From assembly GCA_021815305.1 (NCBI GenBank), contig JAKAHC010000004.1, forward strand, positions 1,343 to 65,342: a stretch of DNA of 64,000 nucleotides, in the 5' to 3' direction. The DNA comes from Deltaproteobacteria bacterium (GTDB lineage: Bacteria > Desulfobacterota > Deferrimicrobia > Deferrimicrobiales > Deferrimicrobiaceae). Of this stretch, positions 18,016 to 27,052 are shown piece by piece (the stretch's first letter is position 1; every line of letters begins with the position of its first letter). The notes below the pieces were generated by a model that was given only the letters and a program-made list of their open reading frames with translations, was not told where the DNA came from and searched no databases. A program made the position numbers and the translations under genes.

Positions 18016-18717
18016 TCAGAGGACCAGGTACTTCCGGATGATCTCCTCGTCGGCCCAGATCTCCTCCATCCCGCCGGAATGGCGGACCGCGCCCTTCTCG
18101 AGGATGTACCCGCGGTTGCACACCCGGCGGCAGAACTTGAGGTTCTGGTCGGCAAGCAGGATCGTCACCCCCTGGCCGCGGATCGTCGCCAGGACCTCCA
18201 CCAGGTTGGCCACCACGAGCGGCGCCAGCCCCTCCGAAGGTTCGTCGAGAAGGATCAGCGACGGGTTGGCCATGAGCGCCCGGCCGATCCCCAGCATCTT
18301 CTTCTCCCCGCCGGAGAGGTTCATGCCCCTGTGGCCGGAGAGATCCCGGAGCTTGGGGAACAGGTCGAAGACCCGGTCCCGGTTCCAGTACCCTTTCCGG
18401 GGCGAGAGCCTCCGGGCGATCTCCAGGTTCTCCTCCGTGGTCAGGTCGGGAAAGATCCGCAGGTCGTCGGGGACGTACGCCACGCCCGACCGGGCCACCT
18501 CGTAGGGGGGGCGGCCGGTGATCTCCCTCCCGGAGAACCGGACGGAACCTCGCCTGGGAGGGGACAGGCCCATGATCGATCGCAGCGTTGTGGTCTTCCC
18601 GACGCCGTTCCTGCCGAGGAGGGCGACCACCTCCCCCTCCCGCACGGAGAGATCCACCCCCTGGAGGATGTGGCTTGTGCCGTAATAGGTGTCGATGCGG
18701 GAGAGCTCCAGGATCAC
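18016..18717 (-). CDS. livF: Branched-chain-amino-acid-type ABC transporter ATP-binding protein (LivF-like)
   Basis: Walker A GRNGVGKTT, signature LSGGEKKML, Walker B ILLDEPSEGL. Confidence 0.85.
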   Translation of the reverse strand: MILELSRIDTYYGTSHILQGVDLSVREGEVVALLGRNGVGKTTTLRSIMGLSPPRRGSVRFSGREITGRPPYEVARSGVAYVPDDLRIFPDLTTEENLEIARRLSPRKGYWNRDRVFDLFPKLRDLSGHRGMNLSGGEKKMLGIGRALMANPSLILLDEPSEGLAPLVVANLVEVLATIRGQGVTILLADQNLKFCRRVCNRGYILEKGAVRHSGGMEEIWADEEIIRKYLVL

Positions 18718-18721
18718 GGCG

Positions 18722-19513
18722 TCACTCCGCCTCCGTGCGCGTGTACCGGAAAAGATCGGAGACGTCCTCCCCGAGGTATACCTCGCGGACCTTCGCGTCC
18801 GACCGGACCGCCTCCGGCGTTCCGTCGCAGAGGAGCTCGCCGCGGTGCAGCACGAGGATCCGCTCGGACAGGGAGAAGACGACGTCCATGTCGTGCTCGA
18901 CCAGGACGAAGGTGGTCTTCCCCTCGCGGGAGAGCGTCCGGACGTTCCCCAGAAGCCGCTCCCTCTCCACGGGGTTCATCCCCGCCGTGGGCTCGTCGAG
19001 GAACAGGAGCGTCGGGGCCGCCGCGAGCGCGACCCCGACTTCGAGAAGCCGCAGGTCGCCGTGGGAAAGCGAGGACGCGGGAGTCCCCCGCACGCCGGAG
19101 AGACCGACCTTTTCGAGGAGAGCCTCCGCCTCCTCCCGCCCCGCCGCGTCCCGGGAAACCCGCGTGATGGGGCGCCACGCCCGCATGGAGCGGGACAAAA
19201 CGGGGATCATCACGTTCTCCTCCACCGTCAGCCCCGGGAACACGTTGACGACCTGGAAGGAGCGGCAGATCCCCATCCGGACCCTCCGGTGGATGGGCAT
19301 CCGGGTGATCTCCCGGCCGAGGAAATCGATCCGCCCGGACTGCACCGGGAGGTGGCCCGTCAGCAGGTTGATCAGCGTGGATTTCCCGGCGCCGTTCGGC
19401 CCGATGATGGAGGTCACCACCCCCTTCTCGAAGGAGAGGGAAAGCTCCCGCGCCGTGCAGACCATCCCGAAGTGGTTCGACAGCTTGCGCGTCGTGAGGA
19501 GCGTCTCGCCCAC
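18722..19513 (-). CDS. livG: Branched-chain-amino-acid-type ABC transporter ATP-binding protein (LivG-like)
   Basis: Walker A GPNGAGKST, signature LSHGDLRLLE, Walker B LLFLDEPTAG. Confidence 0.85.
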   Translation of the reverse strand: MGETLLTTRKLSNHFGMVCTARELSLSFEKGVVTSIIGPNGAGKSTLINLLTGHLPVQSGRIDFLGREITRMPIHRRVRMGICRSFQVVNVFPGLTVEENVMIPVLSRSMRAWRPITRVSRDAAGREEAEALLEKVGLSGVRGTPASSLSHGDLRLLEVGVALAAAPTLLFLDEPTAGMNPVERERLLGNVRTLSREGKTTFVLVEHDMDVVFSLSERILVLHRGELLCDGTPEAVRSDAKVREVYLGEDVSDLFRYTRTEAE

Positions 19514-19516
19514 CCG

Positions 19517-20485
19517 TCACCTCCCCGCGCCAGCGGAGCGACGCCCGAAGAGGTTCTCCACGGCGCCCATGATGCCGCCGCGGAACGCCATGATGACGAC
19601 GAGGAGCACGACCCCGAATCCGAGCATCCAGTTTTCCGTGTACCGCTGGATGATCTCCCGCATCGCGATGAAGAACGCCCCGCCCACGATGGGGCCGAAC
19701 AGGGACGAAAGGCCCCCCAGCAGGCTGACCAGCACGGGTTCGGCCGAATGGGTCCAGTGCGCCATGAACGGGCGGGCGTTGCTCTCGAGCAGCGCCTCCA
19801 GCGCCCCGGCCAGCCCAGCGAAGGCTCCGCTGACCACGAATACCGAGAGGCGGTATTTCCGGACGGGGATGCCCGCGTACTCCGTGCGGCGCGCGTTCTC
19901 CCGGATCCCGGAGAGGACCAGCCCGAAGGGGGAGATCCGGATGCGGTGCGCGACCCAGACGGCCAGGACGAAGAACGCGAGGACGAAGTAGTAGAACTGC
20001 GAGTCTTTCCCGATGGGGAGGCGCAGCCCCCCGAAGAGGGTGACCGGGGCCCGCATGATCCCGATGAACCCGTCGTCCCCCCCGGTGATCGACCGCGCGT
20101 TCCAGACGAAGGAGAAGACCATCATCCCGCATGCAAGGGTGAGCATGGCGAAGTAGATCTCGGTGTGGCGGACGCAGAGGTACCCCACGAGCAGGGCGAC
20201 GACCGCCGCCGCCGCGATTCCCACCGCGACGCCGAGCAGGGGGTTGGGCGTGACGTAGGCGCCGAAAAGCCCCAGGCCGTACGCCCCGGCGGCGTAGAAT
20301 GCCCCGTGGCCGAACGACAGGAGCCCGGTCTGCCCGAGCAGCAGGTTGAACCCCACCGCGAAGATCCCGAGGAGCATCACCCGCATCGTGAGGTAGACGA
20401 AGAACTTCCCCGAGACGTACGGCACCGCGGCGAGCGCCAGGAGGAGGGCCGCGAGGACCGCGTATCGGATCCTGGATTCCGTCAT
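19517..20485 (-). CDS. livM: Branched-chain-amino-acid-type ABC permease (LivM-like)
   Basis: 322-aa polytopic membrane protein with the LSFGHGAFYAAGAY block. The start was chosen inside a longer artefactual ORF. Confidence 0.8.
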   Translation of the reverse strand: MTESRIRYAVLAALLLALAAVPYVSGKFFVYLTMRVMLLGIFAVGFNLLLGQTGLLSFGHGAFYAAGAYGLGLFGAYVTPNPLLGVAVGIAAAAVVALLVGYLCVRHTEIYFAMLTLACGMMVFSFVWNARSITGGDDGFIGIMRAPVTLFGGLRLPIGKDSQFYYFVLAFFVLAVWVAHRIRISPFGLVLSGIRENARRTEYAGIPVRKYRLSVFVVSGAFAGLAGALEALLESNARPFMAHWTHSAEPVLVSLLGGLSSLFGPIVGGAFFIAMREIIQRYTENWMLGFGVVLLVVIMAFRGGIMGAVENLFGRRSAGAGR

Positions 20486-20493
20486 CCTCGCGC

Positions 20494-21363
20494 TTACCGC
20501 GCCGTCCCGAAGAGCCCCTGGGGGCGCACCAGCAGCACCCCGGCCATCAGGATGAAGGTGAGGAACATGTCGAAGGCCGGAAAAAAGCGGGTCCCGAACG
20601 CCGTGAGGACGCCGAGGACCAGGGCCCCCAGGAACGCGCCCTTGAGACTGCCTAGCCCCCCGATCACGGCGACGATGAACGCCTCGATGATGATGGTCTC
20701 TCCCATCCCCGTGGTGACCAGCCCCACGTACGGGACGGCGAGACCGCCGCCGAGGGCCCCCAGCCACGTGCCGAACACGAAGACCGCCGTGAAGAGCGCG
20801 GGTACGGATACGCCGATCGAGGCCGCCATTTCCCGGTCGGAGGAGGCGGCCCGGATGATCCGCCCGTACCAGGTCCGCTCGAGGAAGAGCCAGAGCCCCG
20901 CCGCGACGAGGGGGCCGACGCCGATGATGAAGAGATTGTACACGGGGAAGTTCCGTCCCAGGATGGACACGGTCCCGTTGAGGGTGGAAAGGTCGGGGGG
21001 CGTCACGGAGCCCGCCCCCCAGACCATCTTCGCGAGGTTGTCGAAGATCAGCACGAAAGCGAAGGTGAGCAGCAGCTGGTACGGCAACGCAAGGTGGTAC
21101 ACGTATCGCAGGAACCACCTCTCCACGACGTACCCGATGATGCAGACGCTCAAGGGGGCGATGAGCAGCGCGACCCAGAAGTCCGGCCCCACGTACCGGA
21201 GGACCGTGTAGCACATGTAGGCCCCCAGCATGTAGAAGCTCCCATGCGCGAAGTTCAGCACCCCCAGCACGCCGAAGATCAGCGTGAGGCCGCTGGCCAC
21301 CAGCCAGATGAACATCCCCGCGGACAGGCCCGCGAGGACGGTGTGCACGACCGACTGCATCAT
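20494..21363 (-). CDS. livH: Branched-chain-amino-acid-type ABC permease (LivH-like)
   Basis: 289-aa membrane protein with the LNFAHGSFYMLGAY block. Its ATG overlaps the stop of the upstream binding-protein gene. Confidence 0.8.
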   Translation of the reverse strand: MMQSVVHTVLAGLSAGMFIWLVASGLTLIFGVLGVLNFAHGSFYMLGAYMCYTVLRYVGPDFWVALLIAPLSVCIIGYVVERWFLRYVYHLALPYQLLLTFAFVLIFDNLAKMVWGAGSVTPPDLSTLNGTVSILGRNFPVYNLFIIGVGPLVAAGLWLFLERTWYGRIIRAASSDREMAASIGVSVPALFTAVFVFGTWLGALGGGLAVPYVGLVTTGMGETIIIEAFIVAVIGGLGSLKGAFLGALVLGVLTAFGTRFFPAFDMFLTFILMAGVLLVRPQGLFGTAR

Positions 21364-22655
21364 TTGAAAGGCGGAGTCGTTCCCGGTCCCTCGAAGGGCG
21401 GCCGGTTGAAATATTCCTTCGCGGGGAGGACCTTCATGTCCCCCATGACCTTGAACGGGAACTTCGGGTCCGCTTTCGTTTTCCCCCAGGGGACGTCGTA
21501 GATCGCCTGATGGTCCTCCTTGCGGAATACCCGGTGGCCCGCCGGGGAGTTCATCCCCATCCCCTCCATCGCCTGGATGACCGCCCCGGTGTCCTTGGAG
21601 CCGGCCTTCTCCACCGCCTCCTTGATCGCGTAGACGCAGGAGTAGGCCGTCTCGGAAACGTACGCGGGGTAATGGCCCCACCGCTTGCGGAAGCGCGCCA
21701 CCCATTCGTTGTTCGTCTTGTTGTTGGGGTACTGGAAATAGTAGCGGCCCGAGATCCAGAGGTTGTCGGGCATGTCCTTGCCCATCCCCTCGAGAACGTC
21801 CATCGCGGCGCCGACGGGGAGCATGACGTACCTGATCTTGTCGAAGAGGCCCGCCTCCTTCGCCTGCTTGAGGAAACTGATGAGCTCTCCCGCCCACTCC
21901 GTCGAGTAGAGGCCGTCCGGCTTCGCGTCGAGGATGGTGTTGATGTGGGACCGGAAGTCCGTCGTCCCGAAGGGAGCCCACGACTCGGCGGTGAAGGAAA
22001 CGCCGGGCTTGAGCTTGGTCAGCGTTTCCCGGAACATCTTCCAGCAGGTGAATCCGTATTCGTACTTGGGACTTACGGTGGCCCACTTCACGGCGGGGAA
22101 GTCTTTTGCGATGAAGGCCGCCGCGTTCCCGTCGTTATAGGTGGGCATGCAGTTCCGGAAGATCTGCCGGACGCCTTTCCTGTAGACGAAGTCCTCGGTG
22201 AGCTTCTCCGTCGCGGCATGGGTGACGATGAGGACCCGGTCGAGCTTGTCCATCAGGGGCGCCAACGCCAGCGCCTGCCCTGAGGAGTCGATGCCGCCGA
22301 GGAAGTCCGCCCCCCAGCTGTCGACGAAGTAGCGGGCGTTCTTGATCGCGTCGTCGGGCTTGAGGGTGGAATCCCGGACCTCGACTTCCACCTTCCGGCC
22401 GGCGATCCCGCCCTTGGCGTTGATTTCGTCCACCGCCATCAGCAGGCCCATCTTGTGGAACTCGCCGTAGCCGGCCAGCGTCCCGGACAGCACCGTCTGG
22501 TAGCCGATCTTGATCGGTCCCTTGATCGCGGGGGTGGCGGCCCACAGCCCCTTGGGAAGGGTGAGCCCTCCCCCGATGGTGCCCGCTGCGGCGACCAGGG
22601 AACCGGCCCCGGTCAGCTTGAGGAACTGCCGTCGGTTGATCCCTTTCTTTTGCAT
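21360..22655 (-). CDS. Periplasmic substrate-binding protein, Leu/Ile/Val-binding (type I PBP) family, Tat-like signal
   Basis: Signal peptide NRRQFLKLTGAGSLVAAA, then IKIGYQTVLSG..VDEINAKGGIAGRKVEV. GGAGG RBS upstream. Confidence 0.8.
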   Translation of the reverse strand: MQKKGINRRQFLKLTGAGSLVAAAGTIGGGLTLPKGLWAATPAIKGPIKIGYQTVLSGTLAGYGEFHKMGLLMAVDEINAKGGIAGRKVEVEVRDSTLKPDDAIKNARYFVDSWGADFLGGIDSSGQALALAPLMDKLDRVLIVTHAATEKLTEDFVYRKGVRQIFRNCMPTYNDGNAAAFIAKDFPAVKWATVSPKYEYGFTCWKMFRETLTKLKPGVSFTAESWAPFGTTDFRSHINTILDAKPDGLYSTEWAGELISFLKQAKEAGLFDKIRYVMLPVGAAMDVLEGMGKDMPDNLWISGRYYFQYPNNKTNNEWVARFRKRWGHYPAYVSETAYSCVYAIKEAVEKAGSKDTGAVIQAMEGMGMNSPAGHRVFRKEDHQAIYDVPWGKTKADPKFPFKVMGDMKVLPAKEYFNRPPFEGPGTTPPFK

Positions 22656-22713
22656 GGCTCCTCCCTCGGGTGGTCTCGTGATGCCATATCGCATTAATTC
22701 ATGCAGTATCGCA

Positions 22714-23040
22714 TCAACGGTGATGGGTTTCCATTTCCTCTCCGCGCTCGATCCGGATCCCTTGCGATGCGAACCGCATGGGCAGGTCCACGACGTCCTG
22801 CGACCCGAGCCCGAGATACGCCCTGTGCCCCCTTTGCGCGTCGGACGGCAGCAGGAGCAGGTAACGCAGGGGAATCGAAACCTCCGCAAGGAAGCGGAGG
22901 ACGGTTCCCGCGTCCTCGGGGACCGGTAACCGGAGGACGTAGCGGTACGCCACACCCTCCACGTGCGAGAGGGCGGCATCGGGTTCCTGCCGTTCCCGAC
23001 TTGCCGGGATGCGGGCCTTCACAGCGGCGCCTTTCGCCAT
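22714..23040 (-). CDS. Small hypothetical protein (108 aa) directly behind the sigma54 promoter
   Basis: ORF starts MAKGAAVKAR. Its ATG lies about 35 nt downstream of the -12 element. No family recognised. Confidence 0.4.
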   Translation of the reverse strand: MAKGAAVKARIPASRERQEPDAALSHVEGVAYRYVLRLPVPEDAGTVLRFLAEVSIPLRYLLLLPSDAQRGHRAYLGLGSQDVVDLPMRFASQGIRIERGEEMETHHR

Positions 23041-23072
23041 GCCTATTCTTCCCTGCCGGATGGGGGATGGAA

Positions 23073-23089
23073 AGCAAACGCCGTTCCAA
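23073..23089 (-). promoter_or_regulatory. Candidate sigma54 (-24/-12) promoter
   Basis: Minus strand reads TGGAAC-GGCGT-TTGCT (consensus TGGCAC-N5-TTGCW) with correct GG/GC spacing. It lies 110 nt downstream of the sigma54 activator gene and 35 nt upstream of the small ORF that heads the liv-type operon. Confidence 0.5.
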
Positions 23090-23199
23090 ATCGTCGATTC
23101 GGGGAACGAAACCCCGAACCCTCGGATTCCCATGGGCTTTCACCTTTCGGGTTCCCTGCTGCCGGCAACGGCCCAGTGAGGGGATAATGCGTCAGCGCA

Positions 23200-24963
23200 T
23201 TATTCTTTACGGTGATTCCCCCGGGAGGGAGGGCGCATCCCCAGTTTCCGGAGCTTGCGGACGACGGTGGACTGGTTCACCCCGATGCGCTCCGCCATGG
23301 CGTACGTCGACCCGCACTCCGAGAGGAGGCGCTCCAAAATGCCCCTCTCCACCTTTTCGAGCGTCTTCGCCAGGGGCCCCTCCCCGTCGCCGCCGGCTTC
23401 CCGCTCTCCCCCGCCGGGGGAGGCCGCCCCCTGGATCTCCGCGGGGAGATGCTCCGCCCCGATCCATTTCCCGTCGGCGAGGATGAACGCGCGCTCCACG
23501 ACGTTCTGCAGTTCCCGGACGTTCCCGGGGAACGGGTGGCGCGCGAGCAGGTCCAGCGCCTCCGGCCGGACCCGCCTGATCTTCTTGTACCGCCGGTTGA
23601 GTTCGGCGAGGATCCGGTCGACCAGCGGCGGGATGTCCTCGGTCCTCTCCCTCAAGGGCGGGATGCGGATCGGGAACACGTCGAGCCGGAAGAACAGGTC
23701 CTCCCGGAACCGGCGGGCCCTCGTCATCTCCCGCAAATCCCGGTTCGTCGCGGCGATGATCCGCACGTCGACCTTTCGCGCCCGCGTGCCGCCCACGCGT
23801 CGCACCTCGCTCGCCTCGAGGGCCTTCAGGAGTTTCACCTGGAGGGGGAGGGGGATCTCGCCGATCTCGTCGAGGAAGAGCGTCCCGCGGTCCGCCATCT
23901 CGAACATCCCGGGCTTCCCCTCCTCGGAGGCGCCCGTGAAGGCGCCCTTCTGGTAGCCGAAGAGCTCCGACTCCATCAGCCCCGCCGGGATCGCCCCGCA
24001 GTTCACGTGGAGGAACGGCCCGCCTTTCCGGGCGCCGTGGTTGTGGATGAGCCGGGCGAGCATCCCCTTCCCCACGCCGGACTCGCCGGTGAGGAGCACG
24101 GGGGAAGTGACGTCGCTGACGCGCACCGCCAGCTGGATGCAGTTCTCCATCGCCTCGCTGCGGAACACCACGGCGTTGCGGTCCACACCCGCGAGGCTCG
24201 CCTTCTTGAGCTCGTCCCGGTACCGCTTCGACAGCGTCCGGCTCTCCTGGACCTGCTCCCGGAGTTCGTGGAGCTCCGTGATGTCCCGCACGTTGGTGAC
24301 GACGAGGATGATCTTCCCGCTCTCGTCGAAGACCGGGTTGCCCGTGACGATCGCGGTCCTTCCGGTCCGGAATTCCTGCATGATGGTCACGCGGCGCCGT
24401 TTCTCGAGCACCTCCAGCGTCACCGACTGGCTGATCGTTCCCCGCCGGACGAGCTCCCGCATGTTCTTCCCCTCCACGTCCTCCGCGGTGAGCCCGGAGA
24501 CCCGGAGGTACGCCTTGTTGAAGAAGAGCGTATCGGCGCTGCCGTTGGTGATGTACAGGCCGTCGTAGGAGGAGTGGATGACGGCGTCCAGCTGCTTGGT
24601 CAGCTCCCGGTACGCCTGGAGCTCCTTCGCCGTGTCTTCGTAGCGTGAGATGTCCTTGAACACGCTGACGACGCCGGTCACCCTCCCGCCGTCGAAGACG
24701 GGGTTCCGGTCCGCGATCACCGTCCCTCCCAGGGTGCGGATCTTCACCCCCGCCTGCGGCTTGCCGGTGCGGACGATCTCCCGGAACGCTTCCCCCGCCC
24801 CCATCGAGACGTCGTCGATCTCACGGCCGAGCAGATCCTCCTTCCGGGACCCGAGGAGGAAGGAGGCGGCGTCGTTGACGTAGAGGATGCGGCCCCGCCG
24901 GTCCGCGCACAGGATCCCGACGTTGGTCGCTTCGAGGATGAGGTCGGGGCGGACCCTCCTCAT
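23200..24963 (-). CDS. Sigma54-dependent transcriptional activator with three PAS domains (PAS-PAS-PAS-AAA+-HTH)
   Basis: GESGVGKGMLARLIH (Walker A), GAFTGA motif (FGYQKGAFTGA), and FREDLFFRLDVFPIRIPPLRER. C-terminal HTH is YAMAERIGVNQSTVVRKLRKLG. There are three PAS-like repeats in the N-terminal 300 aa. Confidence 0.85.
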   Translation of the reverse strand: MRRVRPDLILEATNVGILCADRRGRILYVNDAASFLLGSRKEDLLGREIDDVSMGAGEAFREIVRTGKPQAGVKIRTLGGTVIADRNPVFDGGRVTGVVSVFKDISRYEDTAKELQAYRELTKQLDAVIHSSYDGLYITNGSADTLFFNKAYLRVSGLTAEDVEGKNMRELVRRGTISQSVTLEVLEKRRRVTIMQEFRTGRTAIVTGNPVFDESGKIILVVTNVRDITELHELREQVQESRTLSKRYRDELKKASLAGVDRNAVVFRSEAMENCIQLAVRVSDVTSPVLLTGESGVGKGMLARLIHNHGARKGGPFLHVNCGAIPAGLMESELFGYQKGAFTGASEEGKPGMFEMADRGTLFLDEIGEIPLPLQVKLLKALEASEVRRVGGTRARKVDVRIIAATNRDLREMTRARRFREDLFFRLDVFPIRIPPLRERTEDIPPLVDRILAELNRRYKKIRRVRPEALDLLARHPFPGNVRELQNVVERAFILADGKWIGAEHLPAEIQGAASPGGGEREAGGDGEGPLAKTLEKVERGILERLLSECGSTYAMAERIGVNQSTVVRKLRKLGMRPPSRGNHRKE

Positions 24964-24974
24964 CGCCGCGCCCG

Positions 24975-25949
24975 TCAAAACGCCATCGCCGCCCGGACGG
25001 CGGCAAGCACCCTCCGGGGGTCGGGCAGGTACGACTTCTCGAGGGCGTAGGGGAAAGGCGTGTCGAACCCCGCCACGCGATAGACGGGCGCCTTCAGGTG
25101 CAGGAAGCACCGTTCCTGGATCAGCGCGGCGACTTCCGCCCCGAAACCGCACGAACGCGGGGCCTCGTGGAGGATCACCGCCCTGCCTGTGCGGTTCACC
25201 GACCCTACGATCGTGCCGATGTCCAGCGGCCAGAGAGTGCGCGGGTCGATGACCTCGACACTTACCCCTTCCGCCGCGGCGAGCCCGGCCGCCTTTTCCG
25301 CCACCGGCGCCATCGCTCCCCACGCGACCAGCGTCAGGTCGTCCCCGGACCGCGCGATCCGCGCTTCACCGATCGGTACCCGGTGCTCTCCCTCCGGCAC
25401 CTCTCCCCGCACGGTGCGGTAGAGCGCCTTCGGTTCGAGGAAGATGACGGGATCCTCGCCGCCCATCGCCGACGCCAGGAGGCCTTTGGCGTCCGCCGGG
25501 GTGGACGGCATCACCACGGTGAGGCCCGAAGTGTGGACGAAATACGCCTCCGGGCTCTGGGAGTGGTAGTGTCCCCCCTTGATGCCGCCCCCGGAGGGGG
25601 TGCGCACGACCACCGGGGCGGTAAACTGGCCGGCGGACCGGTAGCGCATCTTTGCGAGCTCGGAGACGATCTGGTCGAACGCGGGATAGATGAAGTCGGC
25701 GAACTCGATCTCCACCACCGGGCGCATGCCGTTCAGGGCCATCCCGATCGCCATGCCGATGATCCCGCCCTCGTTGAGCGGTGTGTCGATCACCCGTTCC
25801 TGGCCGAAACGCCGCATCAGCCCCTGCGTCATCCGGAAGACGCCGCCTTCCCGTCCCACGTCCTCGCCCAGGAGGATCACGCGCGGGTCGCGCGCCATCC
25901 CCTCGAGGAGCGCGTCGTGGATCGCCTGGAGCAGCGTGGCCTGCGGCAT
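24975..25949 (-). CDS. Second 2-oxoacid dehydrogenase E1 beta subunit
   Basis: LLGEDVGREGGVFRMT..VVVRTPSGGG, transketolase-like. Confidence 0.85.
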   Translation of the reverse strand: MPQATLLQAIHDALLEGMARDPRVILLGEDVGREGGVFRMTQGLMRRFGQERVIDTPLNEGGIIGMAIGMALNGMRPVVEIEFADFIYPAFDQIVSELAKMRYRSAGQFTAPVVVRTPSGGGIKGGHYHSQSPEAYFVHTSGLTVVMPSTPADAKGLLASAMGGEDPVIFLEPKALYRTVRGEVPEGEHRVPIGEARIARSGDDLTLVAWGAMAPVAEKAAGLAAAEGVSVEVIDPRTLWPLDIGTIVGSVNRTGRAVILHEAPRSCGFGAEVAALIQERCFLHLKAPVYRVAGFDTPFPYALEKSYLPDPRRVLAAVRAAMAF

Positions 25950-25953
25950 CGCG

Positions 25954-27024
25954 TCACTCCTTTCCCGCGAGAAGCGCGTCGCGCGCCTCCGCCAGGTGCC
26001 ACGGCAATTCCGCGTAGACGTCCTCGAAGAGGCTCTCGAAGGGCACGGGCGGGGCGGCCTCCACGACCTCCACGGCTTTCCGCACCGCCTCCTTCGCCTC
26101 GGCCGCCGCCGCATCGATGGAAGCGTCGTCCATCAGCCCGCGTCCCGAAAGGAACGCGGCGAATCGCCGTATGGGGTCCTTCTCCCGCCACGCGGCCACC
26201 TCTTCCGCGGACCGGTAGATCGTCGGGTCGTCGGAGGTCGAATGCGGACCGATCCGGTACGTAAGGGCTTCGATGAGGGTCGGCCCTTTGCCGTCCCTCG
26301 CTCGTGCGAGCGCGTCCCCCACGACCTTTCGCACGGCGAGGACGTCGTTACCGTCGACGCGGATGCCGCGGAAGCCGTACGCCTGCGCCTTGACGGCCAG
26401 CGACGAGGCCGCCGTCTGGCGCGACACGGGAACGGAGATGGCGTACTGGTTGTTCTCGCAGAAAAACACCGTGGGGGTCTCGAAGACCCCGGCGAAGTTC
26501 ATCGCCGCGTGGAATTCGCCCGTCGAGGTCCCTCCGTCGCCGAACGAGGCGATCGACGCCACCTTCTCGCCGCGCAGCTTCGCGGCGTACGCGGCCCCCA
26601 CCGCCTGCGGAAGCTGTGTTGCCACCGGGGAGGAGACGGAAACGAGGCGGATGGAACGGTCGCACCAGTGGCTGGGCATCTGCCGGCCCCGGGTCGGGTC
26701 GGCGGCGTTTCCGTAGATCTGCCCGAGGAGCGTCTCGAGGGGGCATCCCCGCATCAGCGCCATCCCGTGGTCCCGGTACGAAGGGAAGATCCAGTCCCCG
26801 TCGCGAAGCGCATGGCCGGCGCCCACGGAACAGGCTTCCTGCCCCGCCGAAGGAACGAAGAAGCCGATCCGGCCGGCGCGCTGGAGCGCGATCGCCTTCT
26901 CGTCGAACGCCCGCAGGAGCGCCATCTTCCGGTAGAGGAGCAGCAGATCCTCCTCCGGCAGCCCCGGGTCCTGCTCCGGGTCGGCCGTGCCGTCGGGCCG
27001 GATCACCGAGATCATGGAGTCCAT
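25954..27024 (-). CDS. Second 2-oxoacid dehydrogenase E1 alpha subunit (branched-chain keto-acid dehydrogenase-like)
   Basis: FPSYRDHG..SFGDGGTSTGEFHAAMNFAGV..FFCENNQYAISVP. Confidence 0.85.
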   Translation of the reverse strand: MDSMISVIRPDGTADPEQDPGLPEEDLLLLYRKMALLRAFDEKAIALQRAGRIGFFVPSAGQEACSVGAGHALRDGDWIFPSYRDHGMALMRGCPLETLLGQIYGNAADPTRGRQMPSHWCDRSIRLVSVSSPVATQLPQAVGAAYAAKLRGEKVASIASFGDGGTSTGEFHAAMNFAGVFETPTVFFCENNQYAISVPVSRQTAASSLAVKAQAYGFRGIRVDGNDVLAVRKVVGDALARARDGKGPTLIEALTYRIGPHSTSDDPTIYRSAEEVAAWREKDPIRRFAAFLSGRGLMDDASIDAAAAEAKEAVRKAVEVVEAAPPVPFESLFEDVYAELPWHLAEARDALLAGKE

Positions 27025-27052
27025 CGTATCCCCCTCCCTTTCCTCCGAAGGG

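Noticed and set aside
14230-18155. 958-aa and 824-aa track ORFs that look like enzyme fusions
   Set aside because: Their N-terminal parts are out-of-frame read-through of the upstream neighbours. Real starts were placed at ATG codons overlapping the upstream stops (ATGA), giving separate genes of 484 aa (dehydratase), 518 aa (CoA ligase) and 254 aa (SDR).
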